A stretch of DNA of 64,000 nucleotides from Eledone cirrhosa (lineage: Eukaryota), in the NCBI GenBank assembly GCA_964016885.1, contig OZ024740.1, forward strand, positions 410,812,001 to 410,876,000, written 5' to 3'. Below are positions 49,634 to 63,977 of this stretch, one piece after another. A program made the position numbers and the translations under genes. Position 1 is the stretch's first letter, and every line of letters begins with the position of its first letter. The notes beneath the pieces are model-generated. The model worked only from the letters and a program-made list of their open reading frames with translations. It was not told the origin of the DNA and made no database searches.

Positions 49634-52600
49634 CCCCACCACCACCACATCGACAACATAAACAAATGAAAAAATAAATTTACTCGTGATATCAAAATGA
49701 ATTCAACCAAAATGAACTCTTCCACACCGAACACCACTGACGCCACTACCACCACAACTGAAACTAAAATTAACAATAACAAAAATAACGATAACAACAA
49801 TAGCAACAATGAAATTAAAAAACCACCCTGAGTTTTGCCAGAGTAGCAAAACAGTGCGAAGCATTTCAGGTAACCCAGGAGGAATTAGAAGAAGCCAAAA
49901 AAATGGTGAAGAAAGATGGGTACAGGGTCAGCCTCACTCCCCCCCCCCAACCTAATAAAATGGAGCATCGGCGCCTATGCACCGTGTCTTATCGAACAAT
50001 TAACATAAAATCGCGCCGAGTGGAACAGGCATCCGAGTCCCAAACCCGAAAAGCTTTGTCACATGTGTGGGCAAAAAAATCCCACATCAGACGTGGGCAG
50101 AAATATGGAACAGTGGACGTGTTCTTTGAAACACCACAGGAGGCTAGATAACACTCCATGGCCCTATTAAGAAGTGACGACTTCACACTCGTCCCAAGCT
50201 ATTGTGGCCAGAGACTCGTAAAGATCAGGATGACCCACGTTCCACCGGCCATCAAAATTCCCTGGCTAATGGCTGCCGTCCTCGCCGGCATCGAAGCCAA
50301 GACCAAGATAATCGAAATAGCGAAATAAAAGCAGGAGAACTGGTCCGGATCTGGGATGGAGCTCCTGATCCAAGCGGTCCAATAAAGCATTGAGGAGATC
50401 CCAGAGGTAATAGACCTCACTGACGGCAGCCACCTCACCGTAATCGTCGAGGGCAGAAGGCATAGGTGTGTCGTTTGTGGTGAAGGAACCCACCTAAGGG
50501 CTTTCTGCCCTCGGGCTAAAAGGTTGAGGCCACATCTCTTACCCACCCCAGTGACTCAACCATCAACACCACCAGCAGCAGAGATGGCAGCAACAACTGT
50601 AGCAGCAACAACAGAAGCAACTGTAACAGCAACAACACCAGCAACAGTAGCAAAACCCCCACCCCCACCACCAACGCGCTAGAACTAGCACCAGCGCCTA
50701 CACCATCCACCACGCCACAACCAAAACCAACGCCTGTAGAGGATTTTCCACTCCCCGGCCTATCACAACTGGAGACAGATTGTGACGACGAGGAGTCGGA
50801 AACGGTATCAGGAAAAAAGAAAAACAGAAACCAAAAAAGAAAAGATTCTCTTCCTTCCCCCTCCAAAAACAAAATACAGAAGGAAACAAATAAACTATCA
50901 GACAAAAAAGTTAGGACAGATATGCCACCATCCACACCAGCATCACCAACCCCATCACCACAAACACCAATCCCATCACCATCAATAACCCCCAACACCA
51001 CAAAAGTCACCAAAAAGCAAAACAGAAACAAACCCACAACAAACGCAAATATAACAAAACAACCAAAATGATACACACTACACAGCATTAAATTTGAACA
51101 TCAAGGGGCGGTGAATTGGCAGTATTGGTAGTGGGTCGGACGGCATGCTTTGACGCATGGAGTTACGGCCCTTGCCATTCTGAGTTCAAATCCCGCCGAG
51201 GTTAACTTTGCCTTTCATCCTTACGGGGTCGATAAAATAAAGTACCAGTAATGTACTGGGTAATTGCTGGCCTTGTGCCAAAAGAAGAAACAATTAAATT
51301 TGAAGTACAAACAATTATTACACTACATCCAACACAACACCAGCATCACAGAAAAAGACTACACAACAACCCAAAAGTTCACACCACCTCCACACATACA
51401 AATCACTCGCATAACACAGAAAACCTACACGACACTAAAACAAAAATTCCCCAAAGACATCGGAGACTTCCGACAAACACTCTCCAGGAGGATTTATAAG
51501 GAAATCCTTCCGGAGGAGGCCACAAGCAGTGAAAAGGATGGGCAAACCTTCCTTCCTCTACGAGAAGTAAGGTAAGTGGTCTTTCCCATCTTTTCCACAC
51601 CATTTCAACATGACCTCACTCAGAATAGGCAGCATAAATGCGCGTGGCTTGGGGTCGTCATGGAAGCAGGGCCACCTGCTCAACGACCTCAGGTCACTAA
51701 ACATAGATGTAGTGGCCATCAGCGAGACCAGAATCTCCGAAGCACGGGCCTTCGCACCGATCTTCGGCGGCTACGATGTGTACGCATCTCCCAGCCGTCC
51801 GGGATGGAGGGGGGGGGGGGGAGAGTTGCTGTGCTTTTTCGGAGAGTTTTGGATCTCGCCATACGGGCCATCTTCCTAGACCCAGAAGGTAAGTTGGTGG
51901 TGCTGGACGTGACCAGCGGAGACGAGCAAGCTTTCAGGTTAGTGGCCGTCTATGCTCCGACAGGAGCAGGGTGGCCTGATTTCTTCCGGCGTCTGGAGAC
52001 CTTTCTTGGAACGTCCCGCTCTTTAGTGTTAGTGGGCGACTGGAACGGGATCTTAGATGCACGCTCAGGCGTTTTGAACTGTCTGACAGGTACCGATTGG
52101 ATTTTCCGAATGTGCCAATGTGGACTTGGACACATCGCAGAGGGTCATCCAGATCATATCTAGATAGAGTATTTTGTAGGGAAATAGATAGGTCTAGCAT
52201 AGGCTGTCCACAATTCAAGATAGTCAGCTACAAGGAACACAAATTCGTGATCTGTGTGCTTAACTTAGATAGGCTTCATAGACGAGGACTCGGCTACTGG
52301 AAGCTAAACGCGTCCTTACCAGCGCGCAAGGCCTACAGAGACCGGATTAGCGAACTAGTTAAGCGGGCGTTGAAGGGGGCCATCGTCAACAACAAGTGGT
52401 GGTTTTCTCTGAAAAGAGCAATTAGAATAGAATCCATTAGGTTTAGTAAGGCTTTAGCAATAGTGAAAAATAGAGCAAAGGGAGAATTAGTTAGAAAAAT
52501 AGACGAGGCGATTAGCAAAGAAATCGCGACCGACGTACTTTCGGCAAAATTGGGTCTTGACCAATTCTTCAATGCAAAGCACGAAGGCTGCGTTGTCAGA

Positions 52601-55227
52601 GCTAGGGTGCGTGCTCTCAGACACGAGGGGACGAAAGCCGTTCCATGGGCCCGAGTGGCGGAGGCGCGTCGTGGCAACAAAGCCACGATCCGGTCTTTGG
52701 TGGACCACAACGGGCGCATGCTACTCGATCCCGGGCAAATATGTGAAGCCTTTCAGCGACACTTCGCACAGCTGATCGGGGGCAGCGGCGGGCCGGATCG
52801 AGGGATGGACTTTAGTGTCTACCTCGACGGACTGCCGCGGCTATCGGCCACTGAGGCGGAGTGTTGCGAAAAGCCGATAACAGCCGCTGAAGTACGGGAG
52901 GCAATGACTAGCTGCACAAGGGGTAAATCGCCTGGTTTGGATGGTGTGCCCTATGAACTTTACGTACAGATGCCAGACCTGTTCGTAGGCTACTTGGCGG
53001 ACGTCTACTGCAACTGGCAACAGAACGGGAGAATTCCCAACTCTGTGAGCCGAGGAGCTGTGGCGCTGCTGAGAAAGGATCCGAACAAGGGGGATAACAT
53101 AGATAATTTCAGGCCCATAACTCTGCTAAACACAGTGTTCAAGATTTTGGCCAAGGTGCTAGCAAATAGGGTGGTGCTTGTCGTTGGTGGTCTGGTGGGA
53201 GTGGCTTAGACATGCGCCATTCCCGACAGATTCATCCACGACAACCTCCACCTCATGCGATACATCGTAGAGAGGGTAGCTAGGGAACCTGGCACGGGTG
53301 GGTCCTTGTTCAATTTAGATCAGTCGAAAGCTTTCGATAGGGTCGACCATCGTTACCTAGCGGCAGTCCTGAGGGCGGCTGGCTTTGGGCCCGTCTTCAG
53401 ACGCTGGATCGCTGCCATGCACAGCGACATCTGCTCTGTGGTGAGAGTGAACGGTCACCTTTCAGAACCGTTCAACACCATGCGCTCAGTCGGCCAAGGA
53501 CGTCCACTCTCGTCCCTATTGTACGTATTGACTCTCGAGCCATTACTGCACAAACTGGAGACGTTGATGGGGGTCCCTTACGAACTAGGATGCGGAAGAT
53601 CCGTGTCAGCATATGCGGACGATGTCACCGTAGTGGTGTCGAACGCCAAACATATCGAGGCGATCGGCACTACACTAAGAGAATACGAAGCGGTGACAGG
53701 AGCAATGATCAACCAGGAAAACTCAGTGGGCCTACAGCTCGGCACCTGGAGAGGCAGGTCCATGCCGTCCAACAGCGTCGTCGGGCGCTGGACGGACGGA
53801 CCGGTTAAATTGCTAGGGATCTGTCTCGGTCCGGACCCCCAGATGGACAAAAACTGGGACGAGGTGATGAGCAGGGTGGCTTCTCTCACCCAGAAATGGG
53901 CGGAGATGAAGCTATCTCTGAAAGGTCGAGCGGAGGTGGCTAACGCGTACATCGCGTCCGTCATCTACTACCGCCTGACAGTCGTACCTTGTCCTAAGCC
54001 ACGCCTGACTGCGCTGGAACGTTTTCTCTTTCGCTTTTTGTGGAAGGGACGCGCTCCGATGGTTAGGAGGTCCATCTGCTGTCAACACCCGCTACGTGGA
54101 GGGCTGGGCATGCCGTGGCTGATGATGCGCAGACACGCGCTGAGGCTACGAAATCTCCACCTCTTCCTCGACGGTGATCAGGTGTGGTCGCCGTTTGCTA
54201 GACACGTCTTTCTTCAGCTCGTCTTCTTTATGGAGCTGCAGTCCTGGTTCAAGCGAAGACCGAGAGGGAGCGCTTGGAGACTGGAATGTCTTCAGGCGCT
54301 CACAGCCCTAGACCAATCGGGCAATGTGATCGGTGGAAACTCCACCTTGGCGTTCTATAGAGGATTAGTGGAGGGGAAGAGCGACGACGTACTTGGAGAA
54401 ACTCTAGGCGTCGACGAAAATCAACTAGCCAATCTCTTCGGAAGGACTTTCGGGCCGAGGCCTATGGACAACTTCCAGAAATTCCTGGCCTGGCAGTGCT
54501 ACCGAGGAGCTTTGCCAGTTCGGGATAAACTCTACAGGCATGGAGGTACCGTCAGCCGGGCATGTCCGAGAAGCGCGCAGGGTCAACGAAACCGTCCTGC
54601 ACGCACTCCTCCAGTGTCCGAGCATTTCTGACTTGTGGGTTTATGTCGAACACCTGCTGTCACGTGTAGGACGGATCCAGCTATCAGCTGAGTCCATCGT
54701 GAGGATTGCCCCGCCCTCTTCCTTTAGCCGGGAAGGGCAGGCAATTTTCATCTGTCTGGTGGCCATGGCGAAAGAGATAGTATGGTGAACACGTTTGAAA
54801 GGGCTGAAGACGAGCACTTACCTCTTCGGTGATGTCCTGATTAACTTTTTCAAATTTCATTTGAAAAGGAAAATCAGGGTAGAGAGGGAAGTGCTCCCTT
54901 CCCAGCATTTTGTTGAAAGATGGGTGAGAGAAGCAAGTATGGCCCGAGTGAATGGGCCTACTCTGAGTATGTGTCTGTAAATTAAAGGTGGAAAACTGGG
55001 AGAGGGCACTTGCTCTGGTGGTCAGGGTTACTGTGGCCTTTTAATGGGCTTTCTCCACAAATGTCCCCCTGAAGTCTCCCCCCTATTGGGGAATTTATCA
55101 TTGTTATTTTTTTATTTTATCCTCTGTGTTTTTTTACACGCAGAAATGCCCATTTGTACCGTCCTGTATTGTCCTGTACTGTCCTTAATGTCTACTTTAT
55201 GTAAACCCTTGTGGTTAATAAAGAAAG

Positions 55228-55229
<2 letters not shown>
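49634..55229 (+). mobile_element. Tx1-B copy 3, slightly 5'-truncated, (TTA)n on both sides
   Basis: Homologous to copy 2; ORF2 from 51610 with stops and frameshifts; 458-aa RT fragment with YADD. Confidence 0.92.
51105..51292 (+). mobile_element. Family-1 SINE nested in Tx1-B ORF1, 12-bp TSD
   Basis: TSD ATTAAATTTGAA at 51087-51098 and 51293-51304; empty site at 38421 in copy 2. Confidence 0.92.
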
Positions 55230-55279
<50 letters not shown>

Positions 55280-55885
55280 GAATGCCATGGTTGATGGAGG
55301 CTCGGCTCTGTAAGGTATAGTAATTTTTAACCGCTACAACAATTGTAAATTGTTTAAAACTTTAACCAAATTGTAGATAAAAACATCCTCCTACTCGTGA
55401 GAGGGGTCTTTCTCCCCGTTATTTGGCCCTTCGGAGTTAAATAACCGCTTATTGGGGTTTTGTGCCCAATATTTATTTTAAACCAAAAAGATACATGGCT
55501 ACAAAAAAGAATTTTCACAATTCTTCTTCTTCCTCAATCGTCACTACATCAGAGAGAAGATTGTCTCTCTCCCTCCCTTCTCTAAATGGGGTGTCGCCTC
55601 TTTCGCAAGCGACGCCATTAAAGGAAAAGAAAAATAGTTTCTGATAGATTCCAAGAGCACGTGCATACCGTGGAACATTTCTCCACGACGACGACAACGA
55701 CGAAAAATGTGTGCGGTAAATACGGAAAGCCATTTCATTCGACTGACGTCATGAAGAATAGCAGTAGCAACCGTAATAACAGCAGCAGCAGCAACAGTGA
55801 TAAGGAAAACAACAGTAGCAGCCGCAACAACATCATCAGCAGCATAAACAACAACATCATCATCATCAGCAGCAGCAGCAGCATA

Positions 55886-55916
<31 letters not shown>

Positions 55917-58900
55917 ACAACAGCAGCAGAAACAACAACAACAACAACCACAGCAACAGCGGCGGCGGCGGTCGCAGTACCAGCAGCAACAACAAAAGTA
56001 ACAGCAGCTCTGACGACAACAATAACCAACAAGAAAGAAAAAACCAATCTCGTTTGCAGGTATCGCAAAGAACCTGGAAACCATCCTTATAACAAATGAG
56101 GAAGTACAGGAAGCAAAGAAGATGGTGACGAAAACGGGACACCAAGCAATCTGCAAGGCAGCCGAAATATCTTTCGAAACCCAACAGCATTGTACGGTCA
56201 CGTTGCCGTACAGTAAGCACAAAACATGTAGTGTTGAAAGACCCACAGAGGCTCAAATACAAAAAGCCTTAGGGTCTGTGTGGCAGCGGAAAACGCATAT
56301 CACCCGAGGCAAGAAATATGCCACACCCCAGGAGGCAAAGGCTCAATCGTTAGTGACCCTAAGGAGCGAGGAAATGGTGTTGGTGCCCTCCTACTGCAGG
56401 CAAAAAATTGTGAGGGTCAAACTGACCCCCCCCGCCGGGATGGCCGATTCTTAGCTGGCCGCGTCTGTCCTCGTCGGAATCAAGGACAAAACAACTGTAC
56501 TGCAAGTACAGAAAAAAGTACGAGAAGATTGGGTCGGCACCTCCATTGAGATGTTAATCCAAACCAACCAGGAGTGCATCGAAGCTATCCCGGATGTTAT
56601 AGATTTCGATAACGGCACTTAACTGCCCACAAGTGTTGAGGGCAAACGCCCGAAATGCTTTCGATATGGATCGAAGACTCACCTCAGGGCCTTCTGCAAT
56701 GAGAACACGCTGAGAAAGGAGAAAACCTCCTTTCTTCCGAAACCGGCTCCACTGCTACCAGCAACAGGACAGGCGGCAAACAGGAAGAATAGGTCCGTGG
56801 CACCCATACCCACGCCACGGAAATCAAGAACAGCAGCAGCAGTGGAAGTATTAACAACAACAACAATAATACCAACTGCAGCTGCAACAGAGACTCCACT
56901 GCAAACATCATCAACAACAACAAGTGAAAGAGTGGAGCTGGTACCCCTCCCCGACCTCACAGATTCGGACATGGAGTGTGAGGTGGGAGAGGGATGGCAA
57001 AAGGTCGTAAGAAGGCACAAACGCAGAAACAGCGTATGTCGCCTTCGAAAAGGGAGGAAAGAAATGAAAAAAGGGTAAAGGCTACTGCAAAGAGACTTAC
57101 AGCAGCAACACCACCAACACCATCACCACCCACACACGCACCACCATCACCACCGGCGGCAATCCCACCGCAAACAACAACAACACCTTCAACACCACCA
57201 CCACAAGCACTAACAGCGCAAACACAACAAAACACACACACCCAGCAACAACGACAAGAAAATAGTAGAACCCCACCCCACCCCCAGAAAAACAAATGCA
57301 CAGCAATAAATACACACAACAAGAAACTAATGACTTACATAATTGAACACACAGACATTTCACATCACGACTACATAATACCAGCACCAATCAAAACACC
57401 AACGAACATAAGACTGGTAAGAATAGCACAAAAACAATACACAAACAATAAAACGAAATTCCCCAACGCAGTTGGTGATTTCAGAGACCTAGGAGGGACA
57501 CTCAATCGGAGAGTATATTCGGATATACTCACAGAAGAGCCGACGACCAGCCGAAGGGAAGATTCAACGGTCCCTTCACCAGACGATCAAGTGAAAAGGG
57601 ATGGAGAAACCATCCTTCCTCTACGAGAAGTAAGGTAAGTGGTCTTTCCCATCTTTTCCACTCCATTTCAACATGACCTCATTCAGAATAGGCAGCATAA
57701 ATGAGCGTGGCTTGGGGTCGTCATCGAAGCAGGGCCACCTGCTCAACGACCTCAGGTCACTAAACATAGATATAGTGGCCATCAGCAAGACCAGAATCTC
57801 CGAAGTACGGGCCTTCGCACCGATCTTCGGCGGCTACGATATGTACGCATCTCCCAGCCGTCCGGGATCGGGGGGGGGGGGGAGTTTCTGTGCTTTTTCG
57901 GAGAGGTTTGGATCTCGCCATACGGGCCATCTTCCTGGACCCAGAAGGTAAGTTGGTGGTGCTGGACGTGACCAACGGGGATGGGAAAGCTTTCAGGCTA
58001 GTGCCCGTCTATGCCCCGACAGGAGCAGGGCGGCCTGATTTCTTCCGGCGTCTGGGGACCTTTCTAGGAACGTCCCGCTCTTTAGTGTTAGTGGGCGATT
58101 GGAACGGGATCTTAGATGCACGCTGGGATTGTGTGCGATTAGCGGATAGGGGAGGAGGGTGTAAGAGCCTCACCAACCTGCTCAGGCGTTTTGAACTGTC
58201 TGACAGGTACCGATTGGATTTCCCGAATGTGCCAATGTGGACTTGGACAAATCGCATAGAGTCATCCAGCTCATATCTAGATAGAGTATTTTGTAGGGAA
58301 ATAGATAGGTCTAGCATAGGCTGTCCACAATTCAAGATAGTCAGCTACATGGACCACAAATTCGTGATCTGTGTGCTTGACTTAGATAGGCTTCATAGAC
58401 GAGGACTCGGCTACTGGAAGCTAAACGCGTCCTTACCAGCGCGCAAGGCCTACAGAGACCGGATTAGCGAACTAGTTAAGCGAGCGTTGACGGGGGACAT
58501 CGTCAACAAAAAGTGGTGGTTTGCACTGAAAAGAGCGATTAGAATAGAGTCCATTAGGTTTAGTAATGCTTTAGCTATAGAGAAAAATAGAGCAGAGGGA
58601 GAACTAGTTAGAAAATTAGAGGAGGCGCATAGCAAATAAATCGCGACCGCCGTACTTTCGGCGAAATTGGCCCTTGACCAATTCTTCAATGCAAAGCACG
58701 AAGGCTGCGTTATCAGTGCTAGGGTGCGTGTTCTCAGACACGCGGGGACGAAAGCCGTTCAATGGGCTCGAGTGGCGGAGGCGCGTCGTGGCAACAAAGC
58801 CATGATCCGGTCTTTAGTGGACCACCACGGGCGCATGCTACTCGATCCCGGGCAAATATGTGAAGCTTTTCACACATTTCCCCCGGGTCGCACAGTTGCT

Positions 58901-60181
58901 CGGGGGGCTGCGGCGGGCCGGATCGAGGGATGGACTTTAGTGTCTACTTCGACGGACTGCCGCGGCTCTCGGCCACTGAGGTGAAGTGTTGCGAAAAGCC
59001 GATAACAGCCGCTGAAGTATGGGAGCACAAGGGTTAAATCGCCTGGTTTGGCTGGTCTGCCCTATGAACTTTACGTACAGATGCCAGACTTGTTCGGAGG
59101 CCTCTTGGCGGACGTCTACTGGATCTAGCAACAGAACGGGAGAATTCCCAGCTCTGTGATTGAGGAGCGGTGGCGCTGCTGAGAAAGGATCCGAACAAGG
59201 GGGATAACATAGATCAGGCCTATAGCTCTTCTAAACACAGAGTTCAAGATTTTGGCCAAGGAGGTTGGCGCTTGTCGTTGGTGGTTTAGTGGGAGAGGCG
59301 CAGACATGCGCCATTCCCGACAGATCCATCCACGACAACCTCCACCTCATGCGATACATCGTAGAGAGGATAGCTAGGGAACCTGGCACGGGTGGATCCT
59401 TGATGAATTTAGATCAGTCGAAAACTTTCGATAGGGTCGACCATCGTTACCTAGCGGCAGTCCTGAAGGCGGCTGGCTTTGGGCCCGTCTTCAGAGGCTG
59501 GATCGCTGCCATGCACAGCGACATCTGCTCTGTGGTGAGAGTGAACGGTCACCTTTCAGAACCGTTCAACATCATGCTCTCGGTCCGCCAAGGATGTCCC
59601 CCCTCGTCCCTCTTGTATGTATTGACTCTCGAGCCATTACTGCACAAACTGCCAATCTCCTCGGAAGAACTTTCGGGCCGGGGCCTATGGACAACTTCCA
59701 GAAATCCCTGGCCTGGCAGTACTACGGAGGAGCTTTGCCAGTTCGGGATAAACTCTACAGGCATGGAGTCCTGCACGCACTCGTCCAATGTCCAAGCATT
59801 TCTGACTTGTGGGTTTATGTCGAACACCTGTTGTCGCGTGTAGGACAGATCCGGCTATCAGCTGAGTCCATCTTGAGGATTGCCCCGCCCTCTTCCTTTA
59901 GCCGTGAAGGGCAGGAAGTTTTTATCTGTCTGGTGGCCATGGCGAAAGAGATAGTATGGTGGACATGTTTGAAAGGGTTGAAGACGAGCACTTACCTCTT
60001 CGGTGATGCCTGATTGACTTTTTCAAATTTCATTTGAAAAGGAAAATCAGGGTAGAGAGGGAAATGCTCTCTTCCCAGCATTTTGTTGAAAGATGGGTGA
60101 GAGAAGCAAGAATGGCCCGAGTGAATGGTTCTAATCTGAGTATGTGTCTGTAAATTAAAGGTGGAAAACTGGGAGAGGGCA
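55280..60181 (+). mobile_element. Tx1-B copy 4 with divergent 5' UTR/ORF1, RT-core deletion and short 3' UTR
   Basis: Matches copies 2 and 3 only from about 57590; deletion at about 59650 removes YADD; ends GAGAGGGCA-(ATT)n. Confidence 0.9.
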
Positions 60182-60280
60182 ATTATTATTATTATTATTA
60201 TTATTATTATTGCTACTATCATTATTACTTTTTTTCTTTTCTTTTCCCAATTCAATGATGTTCCAAAACAATATAAATGA

Positions 60281-63200
60281 GATAATTGGCAACAAAGGTT
60301 CTGGAACAAAAGAGATAATTGGCAATAAGGGCAGGGACCCCAGGTTATCACAGCCTGGGCCCGCTCGTCATCGTGCCACTGTAATAGAGCCAAACAAGAC
60401 ATTTAGTCTTGGCTGCTGGAATGTACGGACACTGCTTGACAGGGATACCTTGGAGCGTCCTGAACGAAAGACCGCTCTTGTTGGAAAGGAGCTTGGGCAT
60501 TACGATCTTGACATCGTGGCTTTATCTGAGACGAGGTTAGCTGGAGATGGTCAGAATTTTGTGGAGAATATACATTCTTCTGGAAAGGAAGAGATGAAGG
60601 AACCAGAAATAGAGGCTGTGGTAGCATTTGCTGTTAAGACTGTTCTTGTGAATAAATTAGAAGAATTACCAGTAGGGATTATTGAGCGTCTTATGTCCAT
60701 GAGAATTCCGCTGGACAAAGGAAGATATGCGACCCTGGTGGGTGTGTATGCTCCAACTATGAATTCTGTCGATGAAGAAAAAGTGTCCTTTTACCATGCC
60801 TTGAAAGGTGTTTTAAGAAATATCCCTCAGGCAGACAAAGTCATCGTGCTTGGTGACTTTAATGCTAGAGTGGGTAGGGATTTTAACACATGGAATGTAA
60901 TCGGAAGGCATGGGGTGGGAAAGTGTAACAACAATGGTATGCTCCTGCTGCAGATGTGTGAGGAGCTGGATCTGTGTGTTACCAACACCATGTTCCAACA
61001 AAAGAACAAATTTAAGACCACATGGATGCATCTTGCATCTAAAGAATGGCATCTTTTGGACTACGTCCTAGCCAGGATGCGTGACAGACAGGATGTGCAG
61101 TGTGTTCGTGCTCTTCGTGGAGCTGAGTGCTGGACGGTCCACCGCGCAAAAGTGAAACTAATCACTAAACGTAAAATCCGGGCTCCTGGTGTTGCCATGT
61201 CCAGAAGATTGAATGCTGCTCGTCTTAAGGATAAAAATGTGAAGAGGACATTGCAAGAAGAGATGCAGGTTGCAGATCTTGGTGAGGATTGGCCGACCCT
61301 TAAAAAGTCGGTTTATGATGTAGGCAGACGTGTTCTGGTATTGGTGCAGAAACTATATCAAAACTGGTTTAATGAGATAAACATATAGAAGACTTGTTGG
61401 CTGATAAGAGGCGTGCTCTGTCACGCTACTTGACGGCAAAACCACAGGAGAAGAATATGTTGCATAAGGAACTCAAGGATGTGAAATCACGTGTTAGGCG
61501 GAGTCATTCTCAGATGAAGGATCAGTGGTGGAGTGAGAAGTCTGATGAAATACAATCTGCGTCAGATTCCAATAACACAAAGCTGTTGTACAGTCTCTTG
61601 CGTGAAGTTTATGGACTGCTTTCTTCTCTGGTGACATGGCTTCGCAGCAAGGATGCAAAGAACTTCTTCGTGACTCACAAGGAATTCTACAAAGGTGGCG
61701 AGAGCACTTTGATGATCTTTTGAATCAGCCGCCTGTCGTCAATGAAGATTTCCTCAATCTCATTCCAGAAAGTCCTGTGAAAGTAGCTCTCGCAGAACCT
61801 CCGACGCTTGTGGAGGTTGCAGTGGGTATCTCGAAGCTGAACAGTGGAAGGACTCCATGTATGGATGGCATACATGCTGAGCTCCTACAATATGGTGGTG
61901 AGAGACTCCTGCAACATCTTCACTCTTTGTTTGGCAGGATATGGGCTAATGAATCCGTACCTAAGGACTGGAGAGATGCAGTAATGGTGGTCTTGTACAA
62001 GGGAAAGTGTAACAGGAATGATTGTGGGAACTACAGAGGTATATCATTGCTTTCTGTCGTAGGGAAAGTTTTATGTAGGGTGCTTCTGGACCGTCTGTTG
62101 ACACACATTGCAGATTGTGTTCTTCCTGAAAGTCAATCTGGTTTTCGTGCTGGACGCGGCACTACTGATATGATCCTCTCAGCTAGACAGCTCCAGGAGA
62201 AGTGCGAACAAGGTTTGGATCTGTATCAGGTTTTTATCGATCTCACAAAAGCTTTCGATACTGTTAACAGAAATGCATTATGGAAGGTTTTCCAGAAATT
62301 TGGTTGCCCTGATAAGTTCCTTGCTTTAGTTAGGTCTTTCCATGACGACATAAAGGTTTGTGTTAATGTCGGAGGTAACATGTCGGAGCCTATCTCAGTA
62401 AAAAAATGGAGTGAAACAGTGGGATATTCCAGCGCCGACCCCGTTTGCCATATACTTTCCAATGGTTTTCTGTATTGCATTCAGGAATTGCGAGCATAGT
62501 GTTTACATCCGATATCGAACCTCAGGCAGCATATTTAACACCAGGTGCTTTGCTGCAAAAACAAAGTATTTACATCAATCATAAGAGACCTCTTGTATGC
62601 AGATGATTGCGATCTTCTAGCGCACACAGAGAGTGATATGCAGCACATTTTGAATGCATTTTCTGATGCTTGCACTGCCCTAGGTTTGACTGTCAGTCTC
62701 AAGAAAACCGTCGTCATATACCAACCTGCCCCTGGTAAGCAGTACAGTGAAACAAATATCTATGTGTATGGTAAACGACTTGGAGTGGTTGATCAGTCTG
62801 TCTACCTGGGAAGCACTGTCAATCGATACAGCAACCTTGAGAGTGAAATCTCACTCAGGATTAGGAAAGCAAGTAATGCTTTCGGAAAGCTAGAAAGGTG
62901 ACTCTGGGGTCGGCGAGACATATGCAAGAAGACAAAGGTAAAGTTGTACAAGGCATGTGTGCTCTCTTCTCTTCTTTATGCCTGCGAGACCTGGGTCACA
63001 TATCGACACCACCTTAAGCAATTGGAGCGTTTCCATCAGATGTGTCTCAGACGGATCCATGGTGTTCGCTGGAGGGACCACATCAGTGATGTCGAGATTT
63101 TGGATAGCTCTGTGTGACAATATAGAAGCTCTTGTGCTTAAGCAACGACTCCGTTGGAGTGGTCACCTTGCCAGGATAAAGGATTCTAGAATACCAAAAC

Positions 63201-63944
63201 AACTCTTTTATGGAGAGTTAGTTAAAGGAAAACGACCGCCACATAAACCCAAAAAGAGGTATAAGGATTTCTTGAAAGCCTCTTTGAAAGACGCTAACAT
63301 CTCTGCTGATAGATGGGAAAATGTTGCTGCTGATCGTAATAAATGGAGAAAGACTGTATATGAAGGAAAAGTTGCCTTTGAGGCATCTCGAATCGCATAC
63401 GAGAAAGTAAAGCCGGATGTGAGGAAGGGCATTGCTGTTGCACTTCCAGACGGCGAGGGTCCTCCTATGGTGGTGATATGCAGCGTCTGTGCGAGACTCT
63501 GCCTAAGTAAAGTTGGACTCGCAGTCATAAAGTAAGACCAGTGGTTGACTACCAGGCTGCTGTTGGAGATGCTACTCATCATGCTTGCCAAGCATGTGGT
63601 AGAGAATATAAATCAGCAGGAGGGCTCAAACGACATGCAAAAGTACATGAACTCCAACCACAGCCGGCTATTCCCAGTGAATGTTTTGGTTGCCGACTCT
63701 GTGCAAGACATTTTAGATCATTGGCTGGGCTAAAAAGCCACATTCGATCGCAGCGGTGTTAATTGCTATGGTGTGTGTGTATAGATATGTTTATGTGTGT
63801 GCGTGTGTGTGTATATATATATTTGTATATTATTATTGTTGTCGTTATTCTTATTGTTGTTATTATTATTATTATTGTTATTTTTATGTTTTTTTTCTTT
63901 TTAGTCGGGCAATGGCCATAGTCGATAACGAGGAGGCAGCCATC

Positions 63945-63947
<3 letters not shown>
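60281..63947 (+). mobile_element. RTE-clade LINE, frameshifted, (TATG)n tail
   Basis: LGCWNVRTLLD..RPERKTAL..ALSETRL, GDFNAR, YRGISLLS, ESQSGFR, FIDLTKAFD, YADD, RLRWSGHL..RIPKQLFYGEL; C-terminal zinc fingers. Confidence 0.92.
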
Positions 63948-63977
<30 letters not shown>

